From assembly GCA_003693705.1 (NCBI GenBank), contig RBZT01000336.1, positions 47,773-111,772 of the forward strand: 64,000 nt of DNA, written 5' to 3'. This stretch comes from Polymyxa betae A26-41 (lineage: Eukaryota; Protista; Endomyxa: Phytomyxea). The notes under the pieces are model-generated. The model searched no databases, had not been told where the DNA came from, and saw only the letters and a program-made list of their open reading frames with translations. A program made the position numbers and the translations under genes. Within the stretch, counting starts at the first letter, position 1. Each line of letters starts with the position of its first letter. Positions 26,664-39,278 of the stretch are shown piece by piece.

Positions 26664-27922
26664 ATGGCGCTGTCTGGGCTGGTGTTGCTTGGCGTCGGCC
26701 TGGCCTTAATGGCATCCAGCGCTTCGGCTTTCGGAATATCGCTTCAGGTATGCATCCCTCTGTCGAATGTACTGATATATAATTAGTTTGCTTAGAAACT
26801 GGCGCATAGGCGTCGAGCTATTTCTCTCAGTAATCAAGTCGATCCAGAATTGTTCGTTGTAGGGATAGCACCGAAATACTACCGCCAGAACATGTGGATT
26901 GCCGGAATGCTTATGGTCGCGCTCGCTAGTGTTTTAGATTTTATAGGTACGTAATAGATGTCCATGAAATCAAATTGTAATGCGCTAACTAATCAAGTGT
27001 AGCTTTAGGGCTGGCGCCACAGATTATCGTCGCGCCTACTGGAACCATAACATTGGTCTTTAACATCGTATTTTCGAGGTTCTTGCTTGGAGAGCCGGTT
27101 CTCAGGCTAGAAGTGATCAGCACCTCGGTTATGTTTATAGGCACGCTCGTGGCTGTAATTGCAGCACGAAGCAGTGATGTAACTAGAGATGTGGCCAAAT
27201 TTGCTGACTTAGTTTCTAATTCAGCATTCGTCATTTACAGCATCGCGGTTTGTGTAATCGTGGGATACTTGTGGGCGATTGTTATGAAGCAAAAACAATA
27301 TAAAAGGAACGACAGCGAATTGTATCTTGATCATACCCATCGATTCGCCATATCGGCTTTAAGGTTGGATCTCACTCTTGCTCTCAGTCACGCTGGTCTG
27401 AATTACGCATCAGTGGAACGATTGGCTCTTGGAATGTACTTTTCGCCAAGTCGATAGCGGAAATGCTTCTATTTACATGGAATTCAGGGGACTGGCATCT
27501 TTTCAGTACCGCTTGGCCGTATTTGGTAAGATGGTTGCCTACTTTGACATGCAGTAGGTGCTTAATCTTAGATAGATCGTAATAGGCTTGGCGCTTTCAA
27601 TTTTTTTCCAGTTCAAATTTCTTAATTCTGCACTAAAGAGTTTCAATACTTCTTACGTCGTACCAGTACGTTTTGCATGCCATTGGTGTCAACACTAAAA
27701 TGGCCGCAGGTATTCCAATTATGCTGGCTGCTGGGGAGTGTCATTTCAGGCTTAATATTCTTTCAAGAATACCGAAATTTGTCTGGCATCAGAACAACAT
27801 TTTTCGGTCTGGGTATTATATGCACCGCGTTTGGTGTCTGGCTGTTATCAAGGCGGTGTAAACCTGAAGATCCCCTATTGTCCATAAACCCTGAAGGCAA
27901 AGATATTGCAGATCCAGCGTAA
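26664..27922 (+). CDS. NIPA-family magnesium transporter (DMT superfamily)
   Basis: GISLQ/KLAH, W..GM, ALGLAPQIIVAP, FLLGE, FLNSALK.FNTSYVVP, SGLIFFQEY. Confidence 0.85.
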
Positions 27923-28060
27923 AGGCAATATATGCACTGGAGGCAAAACGTATTTATTTAAAAAATGTATATAACCGAGAGCAAACCCAAAGAGAAATAC
28001 AGAATATATTTCCGGGCTGTGTAAGCAACCTTTCAAAGTCATACATTTGGCGTTCTAAAG

Positions 28061-29236
28061 TTAATTGGCACGGGCTCTAGCCCGATCCATATTGACGGTG
28101 CTGTAAGCGAACTCTTGGATCTTCAACCAGACCTTCTGTACGACATTTGGTGAACGCGGATGAAGCAAATAGGAATCCAATGTTCTTCCGGCATTTTGCA
28201 AAGCAGCTTTGCCAGAGCTTGAGAACATATACCGGATCCTAAGATATTGCCAGAACAGCAATGTCACCAATGGCTGACGAGCCGAACTCAACAATGAAAA
28301 CAGAAGAACAAAGCCCATGGCAACATCCAGTTGTGAGAGATAATCAGTGATGTAAGACTGCTTTTCCTGGACTACATTCAGGTATGGAAGCAGTTTACAA
28401 TGATATTGCGGGAAAAACAGAGGCATGATAGCCTTGTCCAAGCACATGCTTAAGAACAGAACCGAACGAGCACAAATAGGGACAATCGCGACTAACGGAG
28501 AGTCAGTATCATATTAGAAAGTTAGCACTTGTCTTAACGAAACATTGGCTGCGATAGCAGCATGGAGAAATACATCAGAAGAAAGTGGGATTGATTGTCG
28601 GCTAGAACAAGCTGGGCATAGCTAATATCCTTCTTTGGCCTCTAAGATAACCAATTCATTATATGGTTAGCAAGAATGATAGTCTTGGCCATTACCCCAT
28701 AGTTAACGAGTATTTGCAGCACTGAAATAAATATGGAGGAGATCATTACAATTCTAAAGCATAGAGCAGCTGTTTGGACAGAGCCGAAGCTAAGCAAGTA
28801 CCTGTGAAAAATCGTCAAACGACAAGGCAATTTCAGAAAAAAGTATCGGTCATACCCAAGAGCAGCCAGTAAATTAAATGCATGTAAAAAGAAGCAAAGA
28901 TAATTAGCACTGATGCGAAGCCTTCTACCGAAATCGTAGGTTTTGCTTGAAGTTTGATCAGGTGTCTGGGTCTGATCTGTCGAATTATCCTTGGGCGGAT
29001 CCAAAGATAAGTTCGAATTCTGTACGTAACCGTTTCAGTACATCCCTAACGGCGATACAGTGTAGATATACAATCTCTGACTTGAAGTATTTCCGCTTCA
29101 AGCGCATCAGAGCCAGGTTCTGATCAGCTGAATTCGAAATATAAACCTGCGACAGTTTCGCTTTCCACACCGCGTCGGCTTCCCAATCATGGGCCATGAA
29201 TGCAAGCTCAGCCTGCTCTTCTGCCATAAGAGCCAT
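28061..29236 (-). CDS. TMEM33/Pom33-like (UPF0121) membrane protein
   Basis: C-terminal LLFWQYLRIRY motif. The N-terminal HDWEADAVW..LKRKYF segment resembles plant/protist TMEM33 homologues. Confidence 0.72.
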
Positions 29237-29620
29237 TAGCTTCTGAAGTCTGAATAAAAGCTAACGTAGAAACTGATGCAAGACCTACAGCGCAACTTTT
29301 GGATTTCGTTTCAGTTGTGGAAAATGTTTTCGCTTCTACCTATAACTGTCAAATTTTCATTTAGAGTGCATTTCTGTCAATGTGTGTGATGATTGCTCTT
29401 TTCGACTGAGCTCGAGAGCACATCCAATCTTCGGTTAAGACAGTTTGGTTAGGACCAACTTATATCTACTGCGTCGGCGATTCTCTATGCCTTTGCAGTT
29501 TGCTACTTTTGCGAAATCGATTTACTTGAGCGATATTTGAAACTGACTTCCTAAATAATGGAATTGATCTTTCCAGGTACCCATACCTGATGCGATCCTG
29601 TCCAGCTTAGTGATGTTCAT

Positions 29621-32069
29621 ATGGGGCAATGTGTATCGAAGCAATCGAACATAAATAATGACCCGTTCAATCATCAAAAAGCAGCAGGAATCAGTTTGGG
29701 ACAACTCCCAGTTAACATCTCAGCAGATAATGCTGCTGGTACATCCTCCAATATTGTAAGAGTCAGCGAAGACGGTGAGCCTGATTTTGGCGAAGACGAA
29801 GACGGTAAAGATGCGTCAAAAAACATCAAAGAGAAATCGAGGGTTTCTTTAAAAGAAACGCTTATTAGGGCGATGTCTAATCCCAATGGTTGGCTGTATA
29901 TCATCGCTAGCAGCATTCATATTAAGATATTCTGCAGTCCAAATCATCGATCCAGAAGAGGTCAGGCAGCTTCGCCGACGGTTAGAGCAAGCAGAGTGGC
30001 AGCTGCTAGATATAAAAACATTGACGTCCTCGGAAGTATATCAGTTGTTAACCGCCATAATGAAGGAGATTGATGATTTCGAAGAAGCTCAGCTGACTAT
30101 TTCGAATTCCAATCGCCCCTCGTAATCAACCCTCTTCGCTTGAGTATAAGATTTATTAAATAGCAATTCAGGCAAGATGGAATCGGAGGGAAGAGCGATT
30201 CCACTCAGGGCGAACAAGCCTCAATCGCTCTCAAGATCTTTCATTTGCTGATGAGATTTCGGCAGCAAGGCCATACTATTTACAATGATGTCAATGATGA
30301 GGTCATTGCTCAATCCGGGTTGGATTCGCTGACGAAGAAATGGCTTACGAACGAATTTACGCGCGCGTCTATTGTTCGCCCTGCACGGCATTCCATGTCT
30401 ATTGGAGATGGGAAAGCGCTAAACGTCGCCATGTATGAGATCTTATTAGGCCCTGAAACTCCTTTGGATATGGATGTAATTAGCGCGGAAGCGCTTTTTG
30501 ATGAAGACTTTGACGTTTTCGATTATGAGATCGATCAGCTAGTTCGAGCTTGTGTGAAGATTTTCGATCTGGGAAATACTCTGAAGCCGTGCGAGGTATT
30601 ACACGATCGGTCGAGTGACGTTGGTCATGCAAAATGTCGTAGGTTGATCCAAGGGCGATGCTGGAATTAATAGAAAACATCTGCAAAGGATATGTCGCTT
30701 CGAATCCGTTTCACAACTTCTTTCATGCGGTCGATGTCCTGCATAGCTGCTTCATAATCCTACAACGAGCCGATTTCGATATTATTATGGCACCATGGCA
30801 AAAGCTAGGCCTATTCTTAGCAGCAGTTGCTCACGATGTAGGACATCCTGGAACGAGCAACGCGTTTCAGGTACGAGATAAAAGTTGGATCAATCTTGTG
30901 CTGAACGCTTTTGAAGGTTAACACATCGTCGAAATTAGCGCTGCTGTATAATGACCAGTCAGTATTGGAGAATCATCACGCCGCCACATTGTATCGCATA
31001 ATTGCAGAACATGGAGAAGGCGCTTTTCGTAGTCTGAAGCCTTACGTTCGATCTGATATGAGGACTATCATTCTCACTTCAATTATGGCAACCGATATGA
31101 AGTTTCACTTCGATCTCGTCGCTAAGGGTGATATGACGTTCGAGAAAGTCAAGGTTGAATTTCTTTAGAAACTCTTGTCTGTCGGAAACTGGAATCTGAT
31201 CAAATCTGCCACTCAGATGTACAAAAAGCATGCTTTGGGTGAACAGACAGACGCGAGTTCTTCATCCCGCGCGGAATCGACAGCTGTGCCACCTCCCGCA
31301 GTTGACGAAGCGAGAAAGAAAGAAGTGAAATTAGCGCTTAACCTGATACTGGTAATAGCAGAACGAACACAGACGATGCGTGCTTATCAATTCGTTATAG
31401 CATTGCGCTGATATCAACAATGTTTATAAGAAGTGGCCAGCGGCTAAGCGCTGGTCTGATCTCGTTGTAGAAGAGTTCTATGCCCAAGGCGATCTAGAAC
31501 GGCAGCTCCACATCCCAATCTCTCCCTTCATGGACAGGAGTACAGACTCTCAGGCGCAAATGTCTCTTAACTTCATAGATTTCATTGCAGGCCCTCTAGT
31601 GGCGTGCTTAGCAGACGCGTTTATGCCATTGGAATTCATGATTAGACAAATGGTGGATGTTCGAGCGAACTGGTGCAGCATAAGGAAGAAAGAAATACTA
31701 AGCTTAACCAATTCCGTTGAGGCTGACGAGCAGCTCGCGCTGCTTCGATCAAGAGAAAATGAATTCGTTCGGAATTATGTATCCAGGGTGATACACCAAC
31801 GAAACAGTTTCACTCGAACATTCGCTATGTTGAGCGCTGGGCAGAACCCATTCGCCCAACTAGCCCGAAGGAACAGCTCGATACTGGCTAGGGACTTCGA
31901 ATTTGTAAGCAACTTGACATCAAGTAGTAAAGGCACTCTCAGCGGTGATAAATCCAAGTCTGACAACGAGTTGCGAAGATCGTCATCTGCCGAAGACGTC
32001 TTCAACCGACCTTATCCTCCTAGAAATTTAATGCTGGTGACACCGCAGTCGCATTTGCGTTCGCTATGA
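29621..32069 (+). CDS. class I 3',5'-cyclic nucleotide phosphodiesterase
   Basis: NPFHNFFHAVDV, HDVGHPGTSN, LYNDQSVLENHH, ATDM, HCADINN, EEFYAQGDLE. N-terminus MGQCVS. Confidence 0.92.
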
Positions 32070-32158
32070 TAGTACAGTAGTTATTTAACAATAAACAATG
32101 TTAAGACAGTATCTTAGCAGCAACACAAATTTTATTTCGTTTTAGTGTATGAGATTCT

Positions 32159-33058
32159 CTACTGCCGATGATGATGGATGTGGGTCTTGCCGTTCGTCGG
32201 GTAACTTTTGACGTCGACAAAGCCGTCATCGCACAAGTGATTGATGCTTTCAGGGCTCGAGCTTCGCGTATCGTCGTACCCGTAATCCGATTCGTGTTCC
32301 GACTGCTTGTCGTATTCTTCGTCCTCATCATCATCATCTGCGTCCACATCGTCCTCATCATCGTCGTCTTCTTCGTCATCATCAGTGTCCTCATGGTCGC
32401 CGTTGCTCAGCAGATCGTCATCCGAATCGTTGATATGGGAAACCGTCGTGTTTGTGGCGGCCGGGATTTGTCTGGTTTGAACAGACTTTCTGAAACCCAT
32501 TACTGCAGTAATCGCGACGCAGATCAAAGCTGCCGTCGCGGAAAGCATTGCTACCAGCATGTTTTGTAATGCCGAATCGAGACCGACGCCCATCTCTACA
32601 TTCATTCGCTTGGTCCAGGCCGACGCGCTCACTTTACTGCTGATATCATGTCCAAGCGGCCGAATCACGACGCAGATGTCGCTGACCCAGTTGGTGACGT
32701 GTTTCGTGGTCAGAACCGTCTTGCCATCGTTCAGATTCCAGGTCGCAGCTGGGGATGGCACAAAATGGGTTAGAGGCAGATATCGAATGGCGCTGCCATT
32801 GGCGATCTTGCTACACCAAGAGCTGTGAATCAGGTCGGCGACCAGAACAGGATTCAGCCCGATTTCGCTCTGAGAGCCCGCCATGTCGACGTTCAGCGTT
32901 AGCGAGTCGATGGGCCAACTCTTTAGTGATAAACGATTGAGTGGGATCACAGCCTTGACGTGAGGTCGTGCTGTCACTGCTGCTGACGTCCATTCAATGT
33001 ATTCGGCGTTAGACGAGGCGAAGGCCAGAGCCAAGGCTGTGTAGATAAAGTACAGCAT
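32159..33058 (-). CDS. single-pass membrane protein with signal peptide and acidic tail, function unknown
   Basis: Intronless ORF. MLYFIYTALALAFASS signal; TM segment MLVAMLSATAALICVAITAVMGF; poly-D/E tail. Confidence 0.7.
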   Translation of the reverse strand: MLYFIYTALALAFASSNAEYIEWTSAAVTARPHVKAVIPLNRLSLKSWPIDSLTLNVDMAGSQSEIGLNPVLVADLIHSSWCSKIANGSAIRYLPLTHFVPSPAATWNLNDGKTVLTTKHVTNWVSDICVVIRPLGHDISSKVSASAWTKRMNVEMGVGLDSALQNMLVAMLSATAALICVAITAVMGFRKSVQTRQIPAATNTTVSHINDSDDDLLSNGDHEDTDDDEEDDDDEDDVDADDDDEDEEYDKQSEHESDYGYDDTRSSSPESINHLCDDGFVDVKSYPTNGKTHIHHHRQ

Positions 33059-33206
33059 TGAATGGAAAGATAAACGCAATGAACTAATGGCCGATGTTAA
33101 ATGAATCCTAGCAATCGGCGAATCCAGGTGATGCGATGAATCTGGTGGTTGAATTCTAGGCGTTTATCAAATGCGGTCGAAACATATTGCAGGCTTTTTA
33201 AGGTGA

Positions 33207-33923
<717 letters not shown>

Positions 33924-33939
33924 CTACTCTGCACCGTTT

Positions 33940-34103
33940 GTCGTTGATGGATTGCTGTCGGCGTCAAAAACGCGAACAAGTGACCGGATGCAGGGTACAA
34001 TCAAGCGAACTAAAGTCTCTGTCGTTGCTGGACTGCTGTCGGCTTCTGAGGAGCGGCTGGTCGTGAACAAGTGACCGGATGCAGGGTACAATCAAGCGAA
34101 CTA
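33940..34103 (+). repeat. tandem duplication (about 80 bp x2) in the UBC4/eIF3D bidirectional promoter
   Basis: Exact 39-bp match at 33974-34012 and 34065-34103, plus similar gtcgttg..tgctgtcggc leaders. Confidence 0.85.
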
Positions 34104-34397
34104 GAACCTCGTACGAGCTTTCTTGCTGCCGATAGTACCGGGGTACCCTTGATAGATGAACACAGAGCAATTCCAGGTTCTTTCTACGATCATGAAATGC
34201 TGATATACTTCTATTCCATCCAGCATAGCTAACAATACACAAACAAATTTTTATGCCATTTATTTTTAAATCGTTGTGACTTTCTCTGATGAGAAAATTC
34301 GCCGATGCCAAGCTCAGGCACGAATTTAGAATTTTTTTTAAGTCCGCGACGGACTGCGGCTCTTGTGGCGGTGCTTTGTTATTGTCACTCGATTACG

Positions 34398-36650
34398 ATG
34401 GCGGCTCTCGATCTATTCCCAAGCTCATCCGACCCAGACGGATGGGGCCCGTCCGTCGCCTCTGAAGGTGCTGCACCTCGCCTTCCGTAAGATCATTGAC
34501 CTAAATTCGTGTTCAAGGCCAGGACGCCTTCCTGCCGTTCTCCTTGTTCAATAAGTTTGATCGCATTGGGAAACCTGCCGACTTCGTCTCCGTCCCCCAG
34601 GCGTTCGAAAAAGACGGCCGTAAAGATAAATACGGCAGTTTTGGCGTATCTCCTAATGTCTTTTCGTATACTCAGCAAGGTACTTTGCTTTCTTTTTGCA
34701 ATTCTGGCTATGATGACGAAAAATATCGGATCGTATCATGACGAAGCTCTAAATAATTGCTAATCTTCTCTCTGAGCCATTTATTTCTGTTGTTCAAAGC
34801 TCGACTCCGTTTTCATCGTTCTAAATTCGTTCTTCAGAAGACGAAACGTCTTTCTCGCTGGTCGATACGCGACCGAAACCGAAGTCGAAGTTCGGAATTC
34901 AGCGTATTGGAGGCAGTCGTGGCCGTGGTGGATTTCGTGGTCGTGGCGGTCGTACTGGAGGCGTTTGGGGTTCTAATGCTGGACGTTGGGGTCCTGATCA
35001 GCGAACTGGCACTGGTATTTAGGTTTCGATGTTTCCTGTTGGATCGGTTTTCAAAATTCATTTCAGCTCCATCGCAAACCGGCGCCCAAAGTAGCGCAGC
35101 TGCCCAAGCTCAGGCGAAGAAGAAACCTGCCAAGGCTCGGTAGCTGCATTGTTTGACGAATTGTCCTTGTACTGAATCGATTTGTAGCTGGGATACGACG
35201 CGAACTCGTCGTTATGTTCGTGACTGGGATCGCACTCCTCGTGTCAACCAGCCGAGTATCGCCATCCAAGAGGACTGGACTGAAGTGGCCCAGCTGACCA
35301 TCCAGCAGCTGGACGCCGCCACTCTTCCATTCTTAGAAAGGACTGCCCATGGCCGTAAACTTCGCGGTCGCAACGACGATTCGTCGGAAGACGAAGAATC
35401 CAAGAACCTTCGCGAATCCCAGTCCGTTCAGACCTTGTACGAAGCCGGGACCGTGTACGCCTATGACAAAACCTTGGATCGTGTCTCGACCCGGACCAGC
35501 ATCCGGCTTCGATCTGGACAGCCGCAACGCTTTGTCGGCGTTCATCCTGGTCAAGATCCTATCCTCAAGCAGTTGCAGGCTGACAAGGCTGGAAACATCT
35601 ATGCTACCGACACTGTGAGAGAGCGATGTTTTTTTTTGAATTTATGTTGAATGTTTCTGTTCAGGTGTTGTCGTTACTGATGGCGGCCGCGCAATCTGTT
35701 GCCAGTTGGGATATTGTTGTCCGAAAGAATGATAAAGGCATCTTCCTGGACCGACGTCCATCATCGCTAATCGGCTTCCAGACTGTCAATGAAACAGGGC
35801 AGGATCTGGCGCTGGACGAGCCGTCGCCGGATTCCGTCAACCATCCGACTCAGCTGATGCATGAAGCCACCAACATTCAGCAGCAGTTCGTCCTGCAAGC
35901 TCTTCGCGATAAGGTCGAGGTGACACTGCGGGATACTCGCCCTGTTCCTGCTGGGCAGCTGCCTCCGACATCTTACAGATACCGCCGTTTTGAACTTGGC
36001 GAAGGCAAGCGCGTCGTCGCCCGGTCGGAGCTGCAGTCAGCCATGGAAAAGTCTGGATCTGATTTCGCGCCATTGTTCGTTGCAAGTATGCAGCTTTGTC
36101 TCTGTTGGATTCGATTGCTCTAATCAACACAACGTCTAGTTCGATCTCTGTTGGAGTTCGATGCGCGTACCGGCAGTGCTGTTGCTGATTGGCGCCAGAA
36201 GTTGGATGCTCAGCGAGGTTATATCATTGCTACTGAATTCCGGAATAATGCTTGCAAGCTTACTCGCTGGATCGCTCAGGTAATTTAACGTGTTTTACGG
36301 TTTCAGTTCTCCAGGCTTCGATGTCTGTTTCTGTTTCGTTTATTCTGAATTTCGGCTTCTGACGTTTTGCATAGACGATGCTCTCCGGTGTCGATGAGCT
36401 TCGCCTGGGTTTCATCAGCCGTGTGACAGCCACGGATGCGAAGCAGCATCAGATCCTTGGTGTAAACCGGTTCAAACCAGCTGAGTTCGCGCATCAAGTT
36501 GGAGTTAAGTCGTCGTCCTTATGGGGCTCTTTGAACTTGATCTTGGAGACAATTCAAACATTCGAGAACGGAACATTCCTGATCTTCCGTGATCCCAACG
36601 AGCCTATCGTGCGATTTTACTCGTTGCCTGATGGCGTGTCTTTACCTTAA
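34398..36650 (+). CDS. EIF3D: eukaryotic translation initiation factor 3 subunit D
   Basis: PDGWGP, FNKFDRIGKPADF, YATDT, SWDIVV, TVNET, YRYRRF, DWRQKLDAQRG..ATEFRNNACKL, LIFRDPNEPIVRFY. Confidence 0.93.
34705..34779 (+). ncRNA. intronic box C/D snoRNA guiding U6 snRNA 2'-O-methylation (mgU6-47/SNORD7 type)
   Basis: Terminal stem TGGCT/AGCCA; box C ATGATGA (34710-34716); box D CTGA (34772-34775). The guide TGCTAATCTTCTCT is the reverse complement of U6 AGAGAAGATTAGCA. It lies in an unusually long (~160 nt) eIF3D intron. Confidence 0.9.
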
Positions 36651-36811
36651 ACGAACTCCTGAAATAAAATCCACTGCAATATGCAGTTGTTTCACTCTAA
36701 CTCGTATATTATGTTTTAAAGCGATTATTACTCGACGGGAAGCGGTAGCCTTTGAACTCGGCCTCCTTCCATGTCATTGTAACAATGGCGGCTTTGACTA
36801 TGAAGGCGGCA

Positions 36812-38377
36812 TTATGTATGGAGATTCGTGTCTTTAGGCAATGAAGATTTCCGAGGCATCTCCATATCTTTGCTAGGAGACCAAGAAATCTTCCTAGGCA
36901 GCTCGGAAAGTTTCGCTCCTGCAGCATCCACGTCATCTTCATTGGTCATCAGCTGGAACCACTGGGCCGATTCTTGACGCCAGGGGTTCGGTTCTTGAAC
37001 GAATCGTGGCACCAAGGTTAGAATGCTCTTGATCTGGTTTGATGAGATGAGTTTCTGTCGCTGGACTGTCTCACCGATCTGCTTCATTAGGTTTTCCATA
37101 TTCTTGTTCAGAATGTGTTTGATCTGTGCATGCTAAGAGACTGCAAAGGAAATAATGAGATTGGGATCAACCTGTTCTTCCATGAATTCAGTCAGTTTTT
37201 GTCGGGAGTCTTTAATATCTTCATTGTTACGACCTAACTGCTTAAATAGCCTTCTCTCTTCATCGGTGATTGCTGATTCGGCTTTCTTCCATACTCCATC
37301 GGACTCTTTCAGTAATTGTTTCTACACAGTAAATTGATGAGATGACTTTACAAACGTAGTAGATGATACCTCAAGCTCGCCACGGTTGTAATAAGCCCTT
37401 TCAAGTTCATCTCGTAACTTTTCCAACGTCGTGAAATCGATGTCTTTTTGTCTTTGCATTTTCTCCAGTTCCGTATTAAAATTTGCAGAAATAATCGTAA
37501 TTGGAATGGCAAGCACAAGAATCCCACTCAACGATGTGATTCCGGCTATAAATCGACCAACAGCAGTAATGGGAACATCATCCCCATACCCTACTGTCGT
37601 CATTGTAATAATGCACCACCAGAACGATGCCGGAATAGAGAAAAAGGGCGACTTCGTGCCATCGCTTCGCATCCAGAGTTGAAGAACGTTATCCCAATCG
37701 CCTCTCTCTGCATAATGCATTGCTGTGCTGAATATCACTAATGCGACGGACATGATGTACAGCAGGATCCCCAGCGGGTTCAGTGAGTCCTTAAGCGCAT
37801 CGTAGAACACCGAAATCCAAGTCACATATCGTGAGATTTTGAAGACTCGAAATATTCGCACGAGACGAACGATTCGAAAGACCGACGATGATGAGAAACT
37901 GGAGTTGGTGAATACCAGCTCCAGGTAGAATGGGACGATGGCGATGAAATCGACCCAATTTAGCGGATCTCGAATGAAGATCCGTTTCGATGGGGAGAAG
38001 ACGAGTCGAATCGAGAATTCGACCGTGAAGATCGTGACGCTAGCCACCTCGATCATCCTCCAAATACTGGGGTCGACGCTGGCCAATTCTGGTACGGTTT
38101 GCAATATGAAGCTACCGCTGGATACGACAATCACCATCATCATCGCCAGACCAATCGTTTGTGCCGCCTGGGATGACCCTGGATCGTCGAATAGATTCCA
38201 AATTCGTTCCTGCATGGTGATGAGTTCTGGCGGCCGATATTCGACTTCTGGTTTCAGGCGAACGGGGTTTGATTGCGGGTTCGCAATGGATGGGGATCGG
38301 GCACGATCCGGGCGAGTGGTTTCCGTCTCTGACCATGCCGATTTCAGTCTTAGCTTCACGGGCAGCACTTGTGGCAT
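36812..38377 (-). CDS. voltage-gated potassium channel (6TM, Kv-like)
   Basis: S4 [14 protein letters not shown]; pore [20 protein letters not shown]; S6 LAIPI; coiled-coil tail in later exons. Confidence 0.92.
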
Positions 38378-39278
38378 CGATATAAGCGATTAGAACAACT
38401 CTCCAAAATATCTAGATCATGGCAGTACGACCGAGAAAAAACGTCGTCCGACCAGCAAGATTATTGTGCTGATGACCGTCGCTCTACTTGAATGTCTTGA
38501 AATCTTTCATTCGAGGCTTCTGAATTAGTACTACGATTGTCAGAATCGCCAAATTCTGAATTATGTATCGTTCATGCAAGGACCTGGCAATCAGAAAAGG
38601 CGAGTCAATATGGGCGTGTTTTCTCTTCGATCCATGACGCGATCGTTATGTAGCTTGTTCCGTTGGTCGATGCCAGATCGAATTGTAACGACTATACGTC
38701 GCTGATCTTCATAAGTCGTTGATCTTCATCAGTAGGAAACGCCTTTTTAAGCGCATTGGCCAGTAGTACTCGATGCCAGAGGCAAATTACGAAGTGATTC
38801 GAAATACGAATGAAGGATTTCATATGATCGTATTCAACTTACTGTTCTCACCTTCCTGTTTAGAAGAACACTTTAAACCCTATTGTAAGTACAGGTTGGT
38901 CGGCGACAGCAGAGTTCTGAATTTTAGATAAAGAAACCAAACATCTTGGCCATGATTGGATCGACCGACTCATAGTGGGATATTAGAGCTTATTGCTGAA
39001 CCTGCTCTCATAACGAGAAGCAGAGTGATATACAAGCGCCAGCTGATAGCTCATCGCCTCTTTCTACCCCGCTTTACTTACTTTCATTATCACAATGGGA
39101 TCTATTGCATTTACTAGAAACTGATGCCAACTCAATGCTCAAAACATAACCATAAGATCAGTATGACCTTAACAACATATATATATTAGCTACAGTTGAT
39201 TTCTTTAGATTTTGATATTTCTACGTATGTATATGGTAATTTAGCGATTGCGATGCTATAATCCACATGAAAACAAGA

